A DNA stretch of 64,000 nt. It comes from Savitreella phatthalungensis (Eukaryota). The stretch's first letter is position 1. Every line of letters begins with the position of its first letter. Positions 19,341-30,910 of this stretch are shown piece after piece. The DNA is taken from assembly GCA_051599415.1 (NCBI GenBank), contig AP039694.1:248001-312000 (forward strand). Reading direction: 5' to 3'. A program made the translations under genes and the position numbers. The notes beneath the pieces were generated by a model. That model had not been told where the DNA came from, ran no database searches, and saw nothing but the letters and a program-made list of their open reading frames with translations.

Positions 19341-22300
19341 CTAGACGATCCAAGTGAATGTGTGTAGGTCGCCACATGCATTTCCAGTCACGACTTGTCG
19401 ACCAATTGTTGCGAAAGCCGTGATTGCAACCTTTTGCCTCTTGTGTTCTAGCTGGGTCTCCAGGTGGAGTTGCCAATGAGCTCCCTCTTGATTGCCACTT
19501 CCTGACTCGTTTTCTTCACCTATTGCGTCTTCATTTCTTCTGGTCTGCTTGAGTGCCCAGATTCCAGCTACGCCGTCCTCGTGTCCTGTGAAGATGATGT
19601 CTCTCGGGAGGAAGAACTCGCCACCACGACCTTGGTAAAAATCAACAGCGGTGATGTTCCCGAGTGACGCATTCCCCGCGCTGCTCCTCGCCAGCTCGAA
19701 TCCATTCACGTCAAACACGCGGATCTCTTGTTGCGACGCGACGACGATGTGTCCATTAAGCCTGTTGACTGCCGTCGCGACGACTGGCGCACTGACGGCC
19801 TTGCTCTCCGAAGTACCGCCGCGCTGCAGCGTTCTCACGTACTGACAACGGTTCAGATCCCACAGAAACACACTGCCGTCTTGAGCAGCGGTGACGATGA
19901 GTGCGAAATCCGCACAGCACTGTACCGCTGTTAGAGGTGCCCTGTGTCCTCTCAGACGGCCGCGTGGTGTCAGTGTGATGCGGACGCCCTTGACGACGGA
20001 TGCTTGCCAGACGCTCGCTGTTGCATCTTCGGACGCTAGGACGAGGAGATCCCGCGTCGCACATGCTCCAATGATCGCCTCGTCGTGCAAGCCCTCGCAA
20101 ACACCCATCGGCCGACCGCCCGGTCCGAAGAATCGCACAGACCGATCTGTATGTCCGAAGGATGCATAAATCCCGTGTAATCCAGGCAACTGAACCTCAT
20201 CCACGGGAATACACACTGCATCGCCACCAACCAAATGCACTTTACCGATCCGCCTGCGAATCGCATGGCGCTGCCAGCTCTCCACCTTCAGACGGTGGAA
20301 GTTCTGCTCGAGTCGGAGCGCAGCTGGGACCGCAGCACCGCGTACTTGATGAGGCCGCGTGAACACCTGTCTCGGAGTCTGTCCGAAGTTGTGGATGATG
20401 CCAATGGCGGCAGCCCGATCGACGTCGTCCGAGATGCTGTCGACGTTGATAGCGCCGTGGTACGAGAGCGCATGGAAGACATTGGTACTCTCGACTGCCA
20501 GAGCGCCCATCTGCTTATGGCCAAATACCAAATCGATCCAGCCGTGTAGTCGAGCCGACACATGGTCACTCTCCAATGCTTCTCGATGCTTCTGGATGAA
20601 CACTCGGGCGGATCCCTGCGCCCACGGTGGCAGCTCTACATTGTCAATTCGCAAGCCTGACTGGCCAACCCCAAATTCATACTTGTTCAGGTTGAGAAGG
20701 AATTCCGGCATGTAGAAGAACTCGGGGATGAGCTCGCGCACGTCGGTCGTCGTGTCGCGTGATGCAGACAGCCAAGCCTTCTCGATCGAGTAGAAGAGTC
20801 GATCGGCGTGGTCAAATTTGCCACCTTGCAACAGCAGATAGGACTCAACGTATGGCGCCACGCGGATCAGGTAAGAACATACAATCATCGCGCTGCTGTA
20901 GTGCGTGCCGAAATGGAATGGTCGTAGATTAGGATCAGCAAGCTCTGCAAGCGAGTTGTACCGCTCTTGGAAGAGCTGCCGTCGTGCAACCGTTTGAGAT
21001 CCCATGTTGCGGGACAGATCGCGAAACGTTGCTGGATTCTGCAGATCCAGTTTCGCAGATGTGTAATCGGCTAAGACCCATGGAAACACGGGATACTGAG
21101 TCAAGTCATTGAATGATCGACCCGCAAGGGTGTTGACGACCATGAGATACTCAAAGTTCGAGATACTTCTGCGCTCCCACGCCTTACATGCTTGTGCCCA
21201 AGGCGTCTGACCGATGGCATCTTGGAAGAAGCGGGAGATGCTTGCGAGTCCCGAGGACTGACTGTTTGCCGTGATAAGATCGGATTGCTCTTGCTCGAGC
21301 GCAGGATTGCGGTCAGCTAGACGTGCGTGAATGATGTCGCGCTCAATCGGATCGCTCGTGATCAGAAAGCTTCGACCATCTTTAAAGCCTAATTCGAGAG
21401 CCACGTTGCGAAATAGGAATTGACGCTTTATGGCACGGGCGATCTGGCTGTACTGCCATGACCGCGTATCGTGCTTGTTGCGAGTTCGTGCGGCAGTCTC
21501 GTATTTTGCGGCTTGGGATTTTAGCGCAGTCAGAACTGGATCGTGCAACGGTGCTGTCGAGTCGTCTGCACTGTCAACCACTTCGCCATCAGGTCTTACT
21601 AGGTAGTTGTCGATGATGTACAGGCATCTCTCACCTAGGACAAGTAAGCCTTCAACGGCGTCCAATCCCACAATGCGATTGATGTTGTGAGTGAAACGAA
21701 TGACATCGCCGTGCTCGAGACTTCGGGCTACTCGACGGTTCCTGTCATCCGCCACCTCGCCTTCTTCGTTCTGAAGTCCGTTGACAGGCCCAGACTGCTG
21801 CCTGCGACCGATTGATCGTTCTTGGTGCGGAGCCTTTCGCACGTTTTCCTTCTTAGCGGCGAACCACAAGGTATCCATCCTCAGTTTCGGCCGGGTTTGC
21901 AGTCTGCACTCGGTCTGGTCAAGCCTCCAGATAGAATCTCGTTCGGGTACTTGCCCTTCTAGCAGCTGTATCGTTTGAGCAAGCTCGTGTCTAAGCTTGA
22001 CCCATGCTTCATTCATAAATTTGTCCTGATCAAGCACATCTTGCCGGGCTTTCCGATGTCTTTCGAGCTCGACCTCGGTGATATTACTCAGCCAGCTCGC
22101 CACCTGCCGTCTTTGTTTCTCTGTGGCGAGAAGCAGAGATTGCGAATCCGCAAGTCTAAGGCGTTGGGAATCGGACTGAGGCTCGGCCATCTTGGCAAGG
22201 CGCTCTGCACTGAGTCCATTTTGTTTCCGGACAAAGCTTGTCCAGGCTGGTGCGCAGAGAGCTCTGAGTCCACCCGTTAGAACATCTCCATGTAGATCAC

Positions 22301-25300
22301 GCCATGCTAAGTATGTTTGATTGTCTGTCTCGGTGATGCGAGTCGTCTCCTCGGAGACTCCATTGAGAAGGTGCTCGTATGTTTCAGGCTGCAGATGCGC
22401 GACGCAGCGCATGAGATCGCAGACAAGCGTGCGGTCATCGGAGGACTTGTCAGAAAGTTGTCGGTCCAAGCAATACCAAAGGGCTCTCGACCAGTCGGCT
22501 TCGCATTGGGAGAACAAGACTTCCTGCCAAGACTGGAGGAGAGTGATAAGCTGCTGATGAATTTGTCGTGTATCAGGGAGTCCTCGCCCTGCCTGTTCGA
22601 GCTTGACAAGGGCTACGGTCATGATGTTGTCCCTAATTGTTCGAATGAGTTGCTGGCACAGTTGCACAGATCGAGCTTCCTTGAGCTCGTCGGAGTGAAG
22701 GACTTGCAAGATCATGCAGACCGTGTCAAAGACTTCGAGAGTGACAGCCGGAGCTAGACCGTCCAGCAGACAGCCTGAAATGACCGTGATCCAGCGCGCC
22801 AAGTTGCGTATTATTCGAGTGCCTTCGAACAAATTCTTCTGTAAGCGGAGTGTCTCCTGTAACTCCACACACATGCGATGAATGACTGTTTCGAGCGTGA
22901 TTTGCCGACTTGAACTATCCAGCTCGGTAATGCCCTTTGTCAAGTTCCACTCGAAGCTCTCGTGCTGCAACATACATCTGATGTGAGACTTCACTGCTGC
23001 GGTCACGAGATCGTCGATCAATCCAGGCAATACAATGTTCTCGGCAAAGGCCTCACCGATGGGCAAAGTGAGCTCAGTGGGCTGATCCTTATCAACCAGA
23101 AAATAAGAACTTGCACGGCGCAAGCTCAGGCCACGAGGACGTCTTGTGGTCTTGATTGGAGACAATGTTCCGCGAGGCGATTGGCTTGCTGGAGATATGT
23201 CTGACGCCGGTGGAGGTGCTGAGTCTAGTGTACGACCCGTTTGTCGAGTCGTGTAGAGTAGTCCAACGAGCCAGAGGAACGAGATGCTATCGAGATCCGT
23301 TGTCTGGTATCTGTGTTTGAGGGCGCTGATAAATTTAGCAGCCTCGGGATGCACTTCAGCGTCTTGGTGAATACTGCGTGAGGCATCAGTCAGCATCGCA
23401 CGGACCAAAGTATCGAGATCGCCGCTCAGAACCGATTTCGCGTGAGCTTCAAGCAATCGAGACCAAAGACCTTCACGCCAGGTCTTTGCAAGACTCGATG
23501 CCATAATCAAGTGGCCGTTTGATTGAATGACGAACTTGCGGCAAAAGTTTTCGCCCTGCGACTGGAGCAATAACAAGAGGATGTTCAACGCGGACTTACG
23601 CGCTTCCTGTATGTCGAGCAGAACCAGACACCAGCGGTATGTGACGGTGGCGGCGAATCGATTCTGTCGCTCAGTACCGAATTTCTCATCGCACAGCAAT
23701 CTTTCCAGCATAGCGAGGACTGCCATGCCTGCTGCGCTTTCCTGTGTCCGCGTCGGAGCCTCTCGCGGCTGATGGAGCGTGAAGATGATGAACGTCGCAA
23801 TGGCGCGGATGTTTTCAGCAGAAAAGTCCAAGACAACCAGAGCTTCAAGTGCTGAGATGACATGAGACAGCATCTCGACAGAGGTTTCACTTCGCAAAGC
23901 TGCAAGAAAGCGCTTGACGTAGCGCATCTTCGACAGCCTATTGTTGTTGAATTTCGCATAACGCTCGTGCCGAGCGAGGGCGACGAATTGCGCGAGGCGC
24001 GCACGTTGAACCTCGCGGGGCGCATGACACCACAGTCCGAAATTGAGGATCAAAAAGCGATATGCTGGTGGATTGACAATCGACCCATCTTGTGCACCGA
24101 CAAAATGAAGTAGCATGAGCAGGACATTGCTTGTCAGCCAAGTTGGATCGACAGCTCGCAATTTGAGTGCCAAGATCTCATATCCATGGAGGCGCTCCAT
24201 CTCACCAGCATTTCGCCACGATACTCGAACGGCCGTGAGTAAAAGGTTGAGACGAGTCTCAAGTGCTTCTGGGTTGTCGGCAGAATCCACAAGCTGCAAT
24301 AATCTCACAATTCCGCCAACACGATAGAGGCCTTCTGCGAAACCAGTCTGTATATGTCTTTTTGCCAAACCGGATAAAACACCAAAGTCACCAACTGTCA
24401 GTCCCTCGCTGCAACTAGGACGTGTATGATTCGGTACGACAGAGTCTTCTCTTAGCTCGCCCTTCTTGAGCGATTCTTTCGCCTCGATTGAGAGCGATGC
24501 CAACTGCAGCTTGGACATACAGAATGGACCAAAAGCAATCACCAGTTTCGACTCAGGCATGTTTTCTGCATTTCGCGCACGTAGCTCTGTGGGCATTCCG
24601 CTGTCTTCGAGCGCGAAGTTGAGGGCGGCTGAAGCGCCGTAAGTCAAAAATTCGCCTTGGAAATCCTGATAGTGCCCACCTCTTGTCGGTCCAAGTGAAT
24701 GGTATAGCCGAATGAGTTCGTGATTCAGCTCCTGCTCCACTATGAGTACTTGTGCAATGTGTAGTTCATTTGAATAAGAAACTTTCATTGTGGATTCTTC
24801 TGTAGCGGTTTGGCCAAAGGAGGCGTGGAAAGGCAAGTGTTCAGCTTGCTTGGGGTACGCTATCTTCAGAGTTTGCACCTCCTCGCCGTTGATGAATAAG
24901 GTGGCGCGAGATGAATGTAACGTCCCCGGTCTGCGATGTACAAGCACGAGATGATACCATTTATTCGGCTCAAAGGCGTGATTGAAGCGCACGGATGTTT
25001 CTGTCGCAGTCTGCAGAATTAGTTTGCCACTGTTCTGCTCAAGATAAAGCATGACGAGCATTGTTCGTGATCGATCATAGAGCGCGATGAGGTTCTGATG
25101 AACATCAACAGACGTGCTGCTTGTACGAAACCACAGAATAGTAGAATAGCCGGACCGTTGCGGAGGGAATGGTTGAGGTATGCGGCTGAAGCGAACGAAC
25201 GCGCCTTCCGCTGATTCCAGGGGAAGCGATATATAGGCTGGCGTCAATTGATCCGCAGCAGCCAAAGCCAGAACAGCTGCTTGCCCATCTCCTTCAGAAA

Positions 25301-25487
25301 CCCTTTTGAGCAGCTCATGCGCTTGACAAACATCGAAGCCTTCCGACGACGGGCTCTGGACATTCACATCGGCTTCTGATAGATCTGCGTTGATCTCGTC
25401 CAGCGCATCTTTCAGTTGTGCTGTTGAATGCAGACGGTCCTCCGCTGGCAGAGCTTGAGAGCTTGCGGCAATGCCGGATGACGCCAT
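19341..25487 (-). CDS. BEACH-domain/WD40 protein (Lvs1/Bph1/WDFY3-like), 2048 aa single exon
   Basis: ConA/LamG-like N-region, PH (KRQFLFRNVALE), BEACH (ISNFEYLMVVNTLAGRSFNDLTQYPVFPW, HFGTHYSS, DVRELIPEFF, NFGQTP), WD40 repeats. Confidence 0.93.
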   Translation of the reverse strand: MASSGIAASSQALPAEDRLHSTAQLKDALDEINADLSEADVNVQSPSSEGFDVCQAHELLKRVSEGDGQAAVLALAAADQLTPAYISLPLESAEGAFVRFSRIPQPFPPQRSGYSTILWFRTSSTSVDVHQNLIALYDRSRTMLVMLYLEQNSGKLILQTATETSVRFNHAFEPNKWYHLVLVHRRPGTLHSSRATLFINGEEVQTLKIAYPKQAEHLPFHASFGQTATEESTMKVSYSNELHIAQVLIVEQELNHELIRLYHSLGPTRGGHYQDFQGEFLTYGASAALNFALEDSGMPTELRARNAENMPESKLVIAFGPFCMSKLQLASLSIEAKESLKKGELREDSVVPNHTRPSCSEGLTVGDFGVLSGLAKRHIQTGFAEGLYRVGGIVRLLQLVDSADNPEALETRLNLLLTAVRVSWRNAGEMERLHGYEILALKLRAVDPTWLTSNVLLMLLHFVGAQDGSIVNPPAYRFLILNFGLWCHAPREVQRARLAQFVALARHERYAKFNNNRLSKMRYVKRFLAALRSETSVEMLSHVISALEALVVLDFSAENIRAIATFIIFTLHQPREAPTRTQESAAGMAVLAMLERLLCDEKFGTERQNRFAATVTYRWCLVLLDIQEARKSALNILLLLLQSQGENFCRKFVIQSNGHLIMASSLAKTWREGLWSRLLEAHAKSVLSGDLDTLVRAMLTDASRSIHQDAEVHPEAAKFISALKHRYQTTDLDSISFLWLVGLLYTTRQTGRTLDSAPPPASDISPASQSPRGTLSPIKTTRRPRGLSLRRASSYFLVDKDQPTELTLPIGEAFAENIVLPGLIDDLVTAAVKSHIRCMLQHESFEWNLTKGITELDSSSRQITLETVIHRMCVELQETLRLQKNLFEGTRIIRNLARWITVISGCLLDGLAPAVTLEVFDTVCMILQVLHSDELKEARSVQLCQQLIRTIRDNIMTVALVKLEQAGRGLPDTRQIHQQLITLLQSWQEVLFSQCEADWSRALWYCLDRQLSDKSSDDRTLVCDLMRCVAHLQPETYEHLLNGVSEETTRITETDNQTYLAWRDLHGDVLTGGLRALCAPAWTSFVRKQNGLSAERLAKMAEPQSDSQRLRLADSQSLLLATEKQRRQVASWLSNITEVELERHRKARQDVLDQDKFMNEAWVKLRHELAQTIQLLEGQVPERDSIWRLDQTECRLQTRPKLRMDTLWFAAKKENVRKAPHQERSIGRRQQSGPVNGLQNEEGEVADDRNRRVARSLEHGDVIRFTHNINRIVGLDAVEGLLVLGERCLYIIDNYLVRPDGEVVDSADDSTAPLHDPVLTALKSQAAKYETAARTRNKHDTRSWQYSQIARAIKRQFLFRNVALELGFKDGRSFLITSDPIERDIIHARLADRNPALEQEQSDLITANSQSSGLASISRFFQDAIGQTPWAQACKAWERRSISNFEYLMVVNTLAGRSFNDLTQYPVFPWVLADYTSAKLDLQNPATFRDLSRNMGSQTVARRQLFQERYNSLAELADPNLRPFHFGTHYSSAMIVCSYLIRVAPYVESYLLLQGGKFDHADRLFYSIEKAWLSASRDTTTDVRELIPEFFYMPEFLLNLNKYEFGVGQSGLRIDNVELPPWAQGSARVFIQKHREALESDHVSARLHGWIDLVFGHKQMGALAVESTNVFHALSYHGAINVDSISDDVDRAAAIGIIHNFGQTPRQVFTRPHQVRGAAVPAALRLEQNFHRLKVESWQRHAIRRRIGKVHLVGGDAVCIPVDEVQLPGLHGIYASFGHTDRSVRFFGPGGRPMGVCEGLHDEAIIGACATRDLLVLASEDATASVWQASVVKGVRITLTPRGRLRGHRAPLTAVQCCADFALIVTAAQDGSVFLWDLNRCQYVRTLQRGGTSESKAVSAPVVATAVNRLNGHIVVASQQEIRVFDVNGFELARSSAGNASLGNITAVDFYQGRGGEFFLPRDIIFTGHEDGVAGIWALKQTRRNEDAIGEENESGSGNQEGAHWQLHLETQLEHKRQKVAITAFATIGRQVVTGNACGDLHTFTWIV

Positions 25488-27182
25488 TGTCGAGAAGCGC
25501 GACGGGTTTCAGCACGCGACCTATGAAGTCGTCACTTCATAATCGGCTGGCAGACGCCAACATAGACCTGCCGAAGAGGTTATAAGCATTTGACTCGTCG
25601 CATGTCAACCATATCGTAACTGGGTAGCTGACGTCTTGACGTGTAAGTTGAAGGATGACTTGCATGAGCGGGAGTATGAGGCTTGAAGGTTGATCCATCA
25701 ATCAATCGAATCCACTGCGTTGCATGCATGCATGACTGACATGCGAGGTTAATTGATCGGTAAAAATCGTCATTCGTCCATTACCAGACCGAAGTTGCTC
25801 GAGCGATCCTCCAGATTGAGTGAAAATGAATTGGCAATTGTGCATCCGCTTGGGAGTTCTCTATACCGAAAAGAAGCATGCAAATACTGTAGCGGCAGAT
25901 GCAGCTTCCAGTAATCTGAGTGACAATGAAGTGGGCATCTGTGGAAGAGTCGCCACACAGAAGTGTTCCCTGTGGAGCAAGCGGGCGGCTGACTTAATTC
26001 AGCTGGAAGTCGCTGGTCAGTGCATTCCTGCACACGCTTCTCATGGTGCTCGTCCGAGGTTAACGAGATCTCAAGAGATCTGATGTACAAGCGTAATTTG
26101 CACATGATCACACAGAGCATTATAATCTACCAAACTCGCTTCCTCAGCATCATTATTGTTCGAAAAGTCCATAGGCAAGCTTCATGTGCGCAAACTAGAG
26201 TGGACTCCTGCTACGAGCTGTATATGTCTTCGATTGGTAAATTGTATTGCAGTCGTTGTATCTCGTCGCTAACATTGCTTCGAATCAATACGATGCCCGT
26301 CCAACAGCCAACATGCTCCCGCGGCTGACTGCAACCTATGATAGGCGGCACATGACGATGTGATTGATCGATTGTGCGTAGAATAAGACATGAAACTCAC
26401 GAGGGACCGATCCGCATTTTGATTGTGAAGAGACTTCTTCGGAAAGCAGCAATTCAGATTGAAACAAGAATAACAATTAAAAGTATTGACTCTCGCTGTC
26501 GGTGAGGAAGCCATACTCTGCGACAAAGCTTACGAAATGATCGCATTTGGGGCTCGTCATGCCATGTATTTGCAAACGTTTGCATCATCTGGACTGCCAG
26601 GACCACGAGCTGATATCATTTCATTGTGGTTGAGTGGTGGCAAGAAAAACGCTTGGTCGTGCAATCAGGCCTGCCTGGGATCGACTCTGCACAGATCTGA
26701 AGTCCTGAACACGTGACCAATGAAGAAGTCTCCAAATTTCGAAGCAGGTCTTCCACCGTCTAGCTTCTCTTGCTTGCTTTGTCTGATTAGAAATGCTCCG
26801 ATGAATGTTTTAGCTGAAATTCAACTGGGCTGAGAGCTCATGAATTTGAATTACTCCTATGGACTTGTTCAACTCTCATGTGTAGAGCTAGCGCACCAGC
26901 AAGAAATATAGCTGTGCGGATTGATCATTAGAACTCTGTTCCCTGAACTAATTCATTGACTTTACCAGTTCTAATCCTCTCCAAATTATTATTATAATCT
27001 CATTGCACATGCATATATGCCGGTATTAATGGCCGATTGTGCATGAGCTATTCACCCTTTCGTGCATGCTTTTTCTTCCTCGTGCATTGACTTTCTGTCA
27101 TCCCTCGCGCACGAGACACATACTGTACGTATTGAAAAAAAGTTACTCGACGCGCTCATCTCTCCATATCACCTAACCACAG

Positions 27183-28874
27183 ATGACGTTCAAGCTTCCG
27201 CAGCTCGGCTCTGTCGACAGATGGGGACCTCCGGACGCTGTGGCTGCTGAGAGCAGCGTCAACAAGACGGACGGACAGGATGGCGCCGCTCCTGGCCAGT
27301 ACTCTTTCTTCGCACCCTTTTCCGCACATGAGCGTCTAGGAAAGATTGCAGATTGGGCAGCAGAGCCAGACCGATTTGGTCAGAGGCACGAGGGTGGCAG
27401 ACAGGGACGCAGCGCTTTCAACCGCCGCAATGATGCTGGCGTTGGAGCGAATCCGCTATTCGGATACGCCCACACCGAGGACGAAGCTTCCTTCTCACTT
27501 GTCGACAACCGTACACAGCGCACCCAGCTTGGACGTGGACGTGGTGGCGCACGTGGTGCTGCACGAGGGGGTCTCGTCAACCAGCGTGCCGCTCGCGGCG
27601 GATTCACCAACGCTCCAGGAGGCAGCCGTGGCGGACGTGGAGGCGCTGTTCGTGGAGGCACAGCAGGCTTCGGCCGCGGAGGTCGTCGGGGCGGATGGAA
27701 GGACGACAGACCTACACGATTGCGCGACGCTTCTATCGCAGTCAAGCCAGACTGGCAGCTTCTTGAGGAGATCGAGTTCCCTCGTTTGTCCAAGCTCAAC
27801 CTCGAGGTGGCAGAGGGTCAGGATCTCGAGACTTGCGGTTCTCTTCACTTCTACGATCGCTCTTTCGACCGCGTCTCTGTCAAGCAGGATCGACCGCTTG
27901 TAGCAATTGACCGAGTTCACTACAACCCGACGACGACCGAGGATCCTGTCATCCAGCGTCTCTCGCAGGAGAACAAGGCACAAATCTTCGCTACAGACTC
28001 AATCTTGTCGATGCTCATGTGCGCATCCCGTACAATTTACCCCTGGGACATTGTCGTCACACGCCAGGGCGAGCAGCTGTTCTTCGACAAGCGCGAGGGC
28101 GGGCCGTTCGACTACCTCACAGTCAACGAGAATGCGTTCGAGGCGCCGCTGGAGGCTGAGCAGGGCACCGTCGCTGGCATCAACACACCAAATGCTCTCT
28201 CCCTCGAGGCTACGTTCATCAACCACAACTTTGCTTTGCAGGTGCTCGAGGAAGGCGCCGAGGTGCCGATGCCTCAGCCCAACCCATTCTACGACGAGTC
28301 TGTCGAGACTGAGCCAGCGGCACCAAAGGCTTACAAATACAAGTCGTTCGACATCTCTCTGTCTGGGGAAGAGGAGGAGCCAATTCTGCTCGTCACCAGG
28401 ACAGAGGTCGATGGCATCCTCCGCCAGGTCTCTGGCGAGGAGGTCAACATCAGCATCAAGGCGCTGAATGAGTTCGACTCCAAGGCACCTGGTGCTGGAG
28501 GAGCGATCGACTGGCGCAGCAAGCTCGACACGCAACGTGGTGCCATCGTCGCTACAGAGATGAAGAACAACTCTGCCAAGCTAGCACGTTGGGCCGCACA
28601 GTCGATCCTGGCCGGATGCGACACGATGAAGCTTGGATTCGTTTCGCGCGTGAACCCACGGGACGCACAGAGACACGCTGTCCTCGCCATCGGCACGTAC
28701 AAGCCTCGCGAATTTGCAGCACAAATGAACTTCAGCCTGTCGAACGGTTGGGGTGTCGTCCGTTCGATCGTCGACGTCCTCATGCGTCAACCCGAGGGCA
28801 AGTACATCATTGTCAAGGACCCGAACCGTGCAATGATGCGACTCTACGCAATTCCCAGTGGAGATCTCGAGTAG
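27183..28874 (+). CDS. moe1: Translation initiation factor eIF3 subunit D
   Basis: LGKIADW, FSLVDN, RGG-rich insert, YNPTTTEDPVI, YPWDIVV, LTVNENA, DWRSKLDTQRGAIVATEMKNNS, KDPNR. Confidence 0.93.
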   Translation: MTFKLPQLGSVDRWGPPDAVAAESSVNKTDGQDGAAPGQYSFFAPFSAHERLGKIADWAAEPDRFGQRHEGGRQGRSAFNRRNDAGVGANPLFGYAHTEDEASFSLVDNRTQRTQLGRGRGGARGAARGGLVNQRAARGGFTNAPGGSRGGRGGAVRGGTAGFGRGGRRGGWKDDRPTRLRDASIAVKPDWQLLEEIEFPRLSKLNLEVAEGQDLETCGSLHFYDRSFDRVSVKQDRPLVAIDRVHYNPTTTEDPVIQRLSQENKAQIFATDSILSMLMCASRTIYPWDIVVTRQGEQLFFDKREGGPFDYLTVNENAFEAPLEAEQGTVAGINTPNALSLEATFINHNFALQVLEEGAEVPMPQPNPFYDESVETEPAAPKAYKYKSFDISLSGEEEEPILLVTRTEVDGILRQVSGEEVNISIKALNEFDSKAPGAGGAIDWRSKLDTQRGAIVATEMKNNSAKLARWAAQSILAGCDTMKLGFVSRVNPRDAQRHAVLAIGTYKPREFAAQMNFSLSNGWGVVRSIVDVLMRQPEGKYIIVKDPNRAMMRLYAIPSGDLE

Positions 28875-29556
28875 CAGTATGTAGTAGACGCTCACCGAAA
28901 AGACCGAGCAAAGCATTTCATCTTCATCACCATTATTTCTTTAGCCCTTTTCACCCTATCATCATTCTCCATCATGAATACCCACCAGACACTGAGAAAA
29001 TCCAGGTTTGGATACCCTGATCTGTACATGTTCTGTCTTGCAAGGTAAGCTGTTGTCATAGCACGTCTGCAGCTCCGTCAATTGCGTATTTCCTGGATGT
29101 TTGAGCCCCTTGTGCTAGATTAGTCTGTCTTCAGGTTGTGGACGAGCAACCATTCGTTCGTTTTAGGGATTTAAACCTCGTCCAGATTCAACCGTTGAGT
29201 GATTATACTTTCGGCTAGTCGTAGATTCAAATCAAGACCGAAGATATTGGTTGGAGCCCAAGCCTTGAACGACGTCAAGGTCAGGATGCCGGGCATCCGG
29301 CGTCTGAGAACCGTTCTCCACAGCACTAACGATTGGTTGGAAGGCGACAAGAAGAAGCGAGGTAAAACAGTCGCTGGAAGCAGCAATCAAGCGAAGCGGC
29401 GGAATAGAATGTCTTGTAGTCCGCATTGCCTTGACGTATACTAGGGCAATGAAGATCAGGCGCAGGTATAAGTAAGATAGAGCGTCCTCCCAGGGACAAA
29501 CCCATCATACCCTTCTCTTGTACACACATACAGACACACTCCTTCTTGCTGGCACG

Positions 29557-30834
29557 ATGAAGTTTACACTCGCTTCTTTGGCAGCCGCGTTGATCGGTGC
29601 GGTACAAGTCGTAGCGCAGAACACAACAGATCCTGTGCTGACAGCTGCTGATGTGTGGGTGTATGGTCTGGCGCCGTTGTCGATTCTGGAGACACGTCAG
29701 GCGTTCCTACTGAATGCTGGTCTCGGCACCAACCAGATCGTCCATCAGGCGGTTCTCAGCACGGCCGACAACCGATTCGTCGTGAAGCCGAATGCAGACA
29801 CAGTCTACTCGATAGCGTTCTATGATCTGTCGCTCGGTCCAGTCAAGCTTCATCTCCCGAATGTGACCGACCGGTATTTCGTGGCGGCGTTGTATGATGC
29901 CAACTCAAACAACTTTGCCAACCCGAGGCGCGGTGGCAACTACACGCTCTACTCGCAGCGTGATGCACCTGCCTTGCGGAATCGCACCAGCTATGACATC
30001 GTGTCTCCGACAGATGACATTTGGCAGATTGGCCGAATCTACGTCAAGAACTCCACGGATGCAGACTATGCCATCGTCCGGCGGTACCAGGCCAATTTCA
30101 CTGTCGTTGCCGCGCCTCCCAAGACAGTCGAGCTTCCACCAGTCTTCCGCAACGCCAGTGACACCGTCAACGCATACTACCGCCTCAACAACGCTGTCAC
30201 CAACTTCTCTAACATCACAAAGTACACCTCGATTGGCCTCTCCCTCTTGCGACCTTTCAGACCACTCGCCAACACGAGCATCTACACCCTGGGACAAGCT
30301 CGCGCAAACGCGACAATCCTCGCCAGCGCCCTCCGCTTCCTCCGGCCGGTCAACAACGGCTGGGTGCTTCCACAATCGGACCTGATCGGCAACTTCGGGC
30401 GGGACTACGCTGTACGATCTCTGATAGCCCAACAGGCTCTTGGTGCGCTGACGTCCGACCAGGCGATCTACCCGTTGTACACTGGTCAGCGATTGGTTGC
30501 TGACATTTCGACGACGTGGTCGTTCTTTTTCGCTGACGGTGCGCCGCCTACGGATTCGCTCGGGTTCTGGTCTCTGACTGCGTACGACGCAGACTCGTTC
30601 TTCGTCAAGAACGACATCAACAGGTACAAGCTCGGCTCGTCCGACAACCTCACTAAGAACACCAACGGCAGTTTCACAATCACCGCATCCGTCGCACCAC
30701 CAAACACCACAGACCTGAGGCGAAACTGGCTACCGATTGCACCAGGCGTCTTCCAGATCCTCCTCAGAGCATACCTCCCACGCAACAGCACATCCAATGG
30801 GACCTGGGCATACCCAGTCGTCACGCGGAACTGA
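29557..30834 (+). CDS. Secreted DUF1254/DUF1214-domain protein
   Basis: Signal peptide MKFTLASLAAALIGAVQVVA; VVKPNADTVYSIAFYDLS, GNFGRDYAVRS, GFWSLTAYD, NWLP...FQILLRAY. TATA-like TATAAG at 29467. Confidence 0.85.
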   Translation: MKFTLASLAAALIGAVQVVAQNTTDPVLTAADVWVYGLAPLSILETRQAFLLNAGLGTNQIVHQAVLSTADNRFVVKPNADTVYSIAFYDLSLGPVKLHLPNVTDRYFVAALYDANSNNFANPRRGGNYTLYSQRDAPALRNRTSYDIVSPTDDIWQIGRIYVKNSTDADYAIVRRYQANFTVVAAPPKTVELPPVFRNASDTVNAYYRLNNAVTNFSNITKYTSIGLSLLRPFRPLANTSIYTLGQARANATILASALRFLRPVNNGWVLPQSDLIGNFGRDYAVRSLIAQQALGALTSDQAIYPLYTGQRLVADISTTWSFFFADGAPPTDSLGFWSLTAYDADSFFVKNDINRYKLGSSDNLTKNTNGSFTITASVAPPNTTDLRRNWLPIAPGVFQILLRAYLPRNSTSNGTWAYPVVTRN

Positions 30835-30910
30835 GTAAAGTAACGTATAGCCCGTGCTTGGAACATATGCCTTAATATCTATATACAGCATGTATTGCAT
30901 GGGTGGAGGG

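Noticed and set aside
29045..29134. Intron-like GTAAGC...CAG between eIF3d and the DUF1254 gene
   Set aside because: It has no canonical branch point, and the spliced product is only a short unrecognisable peptide.
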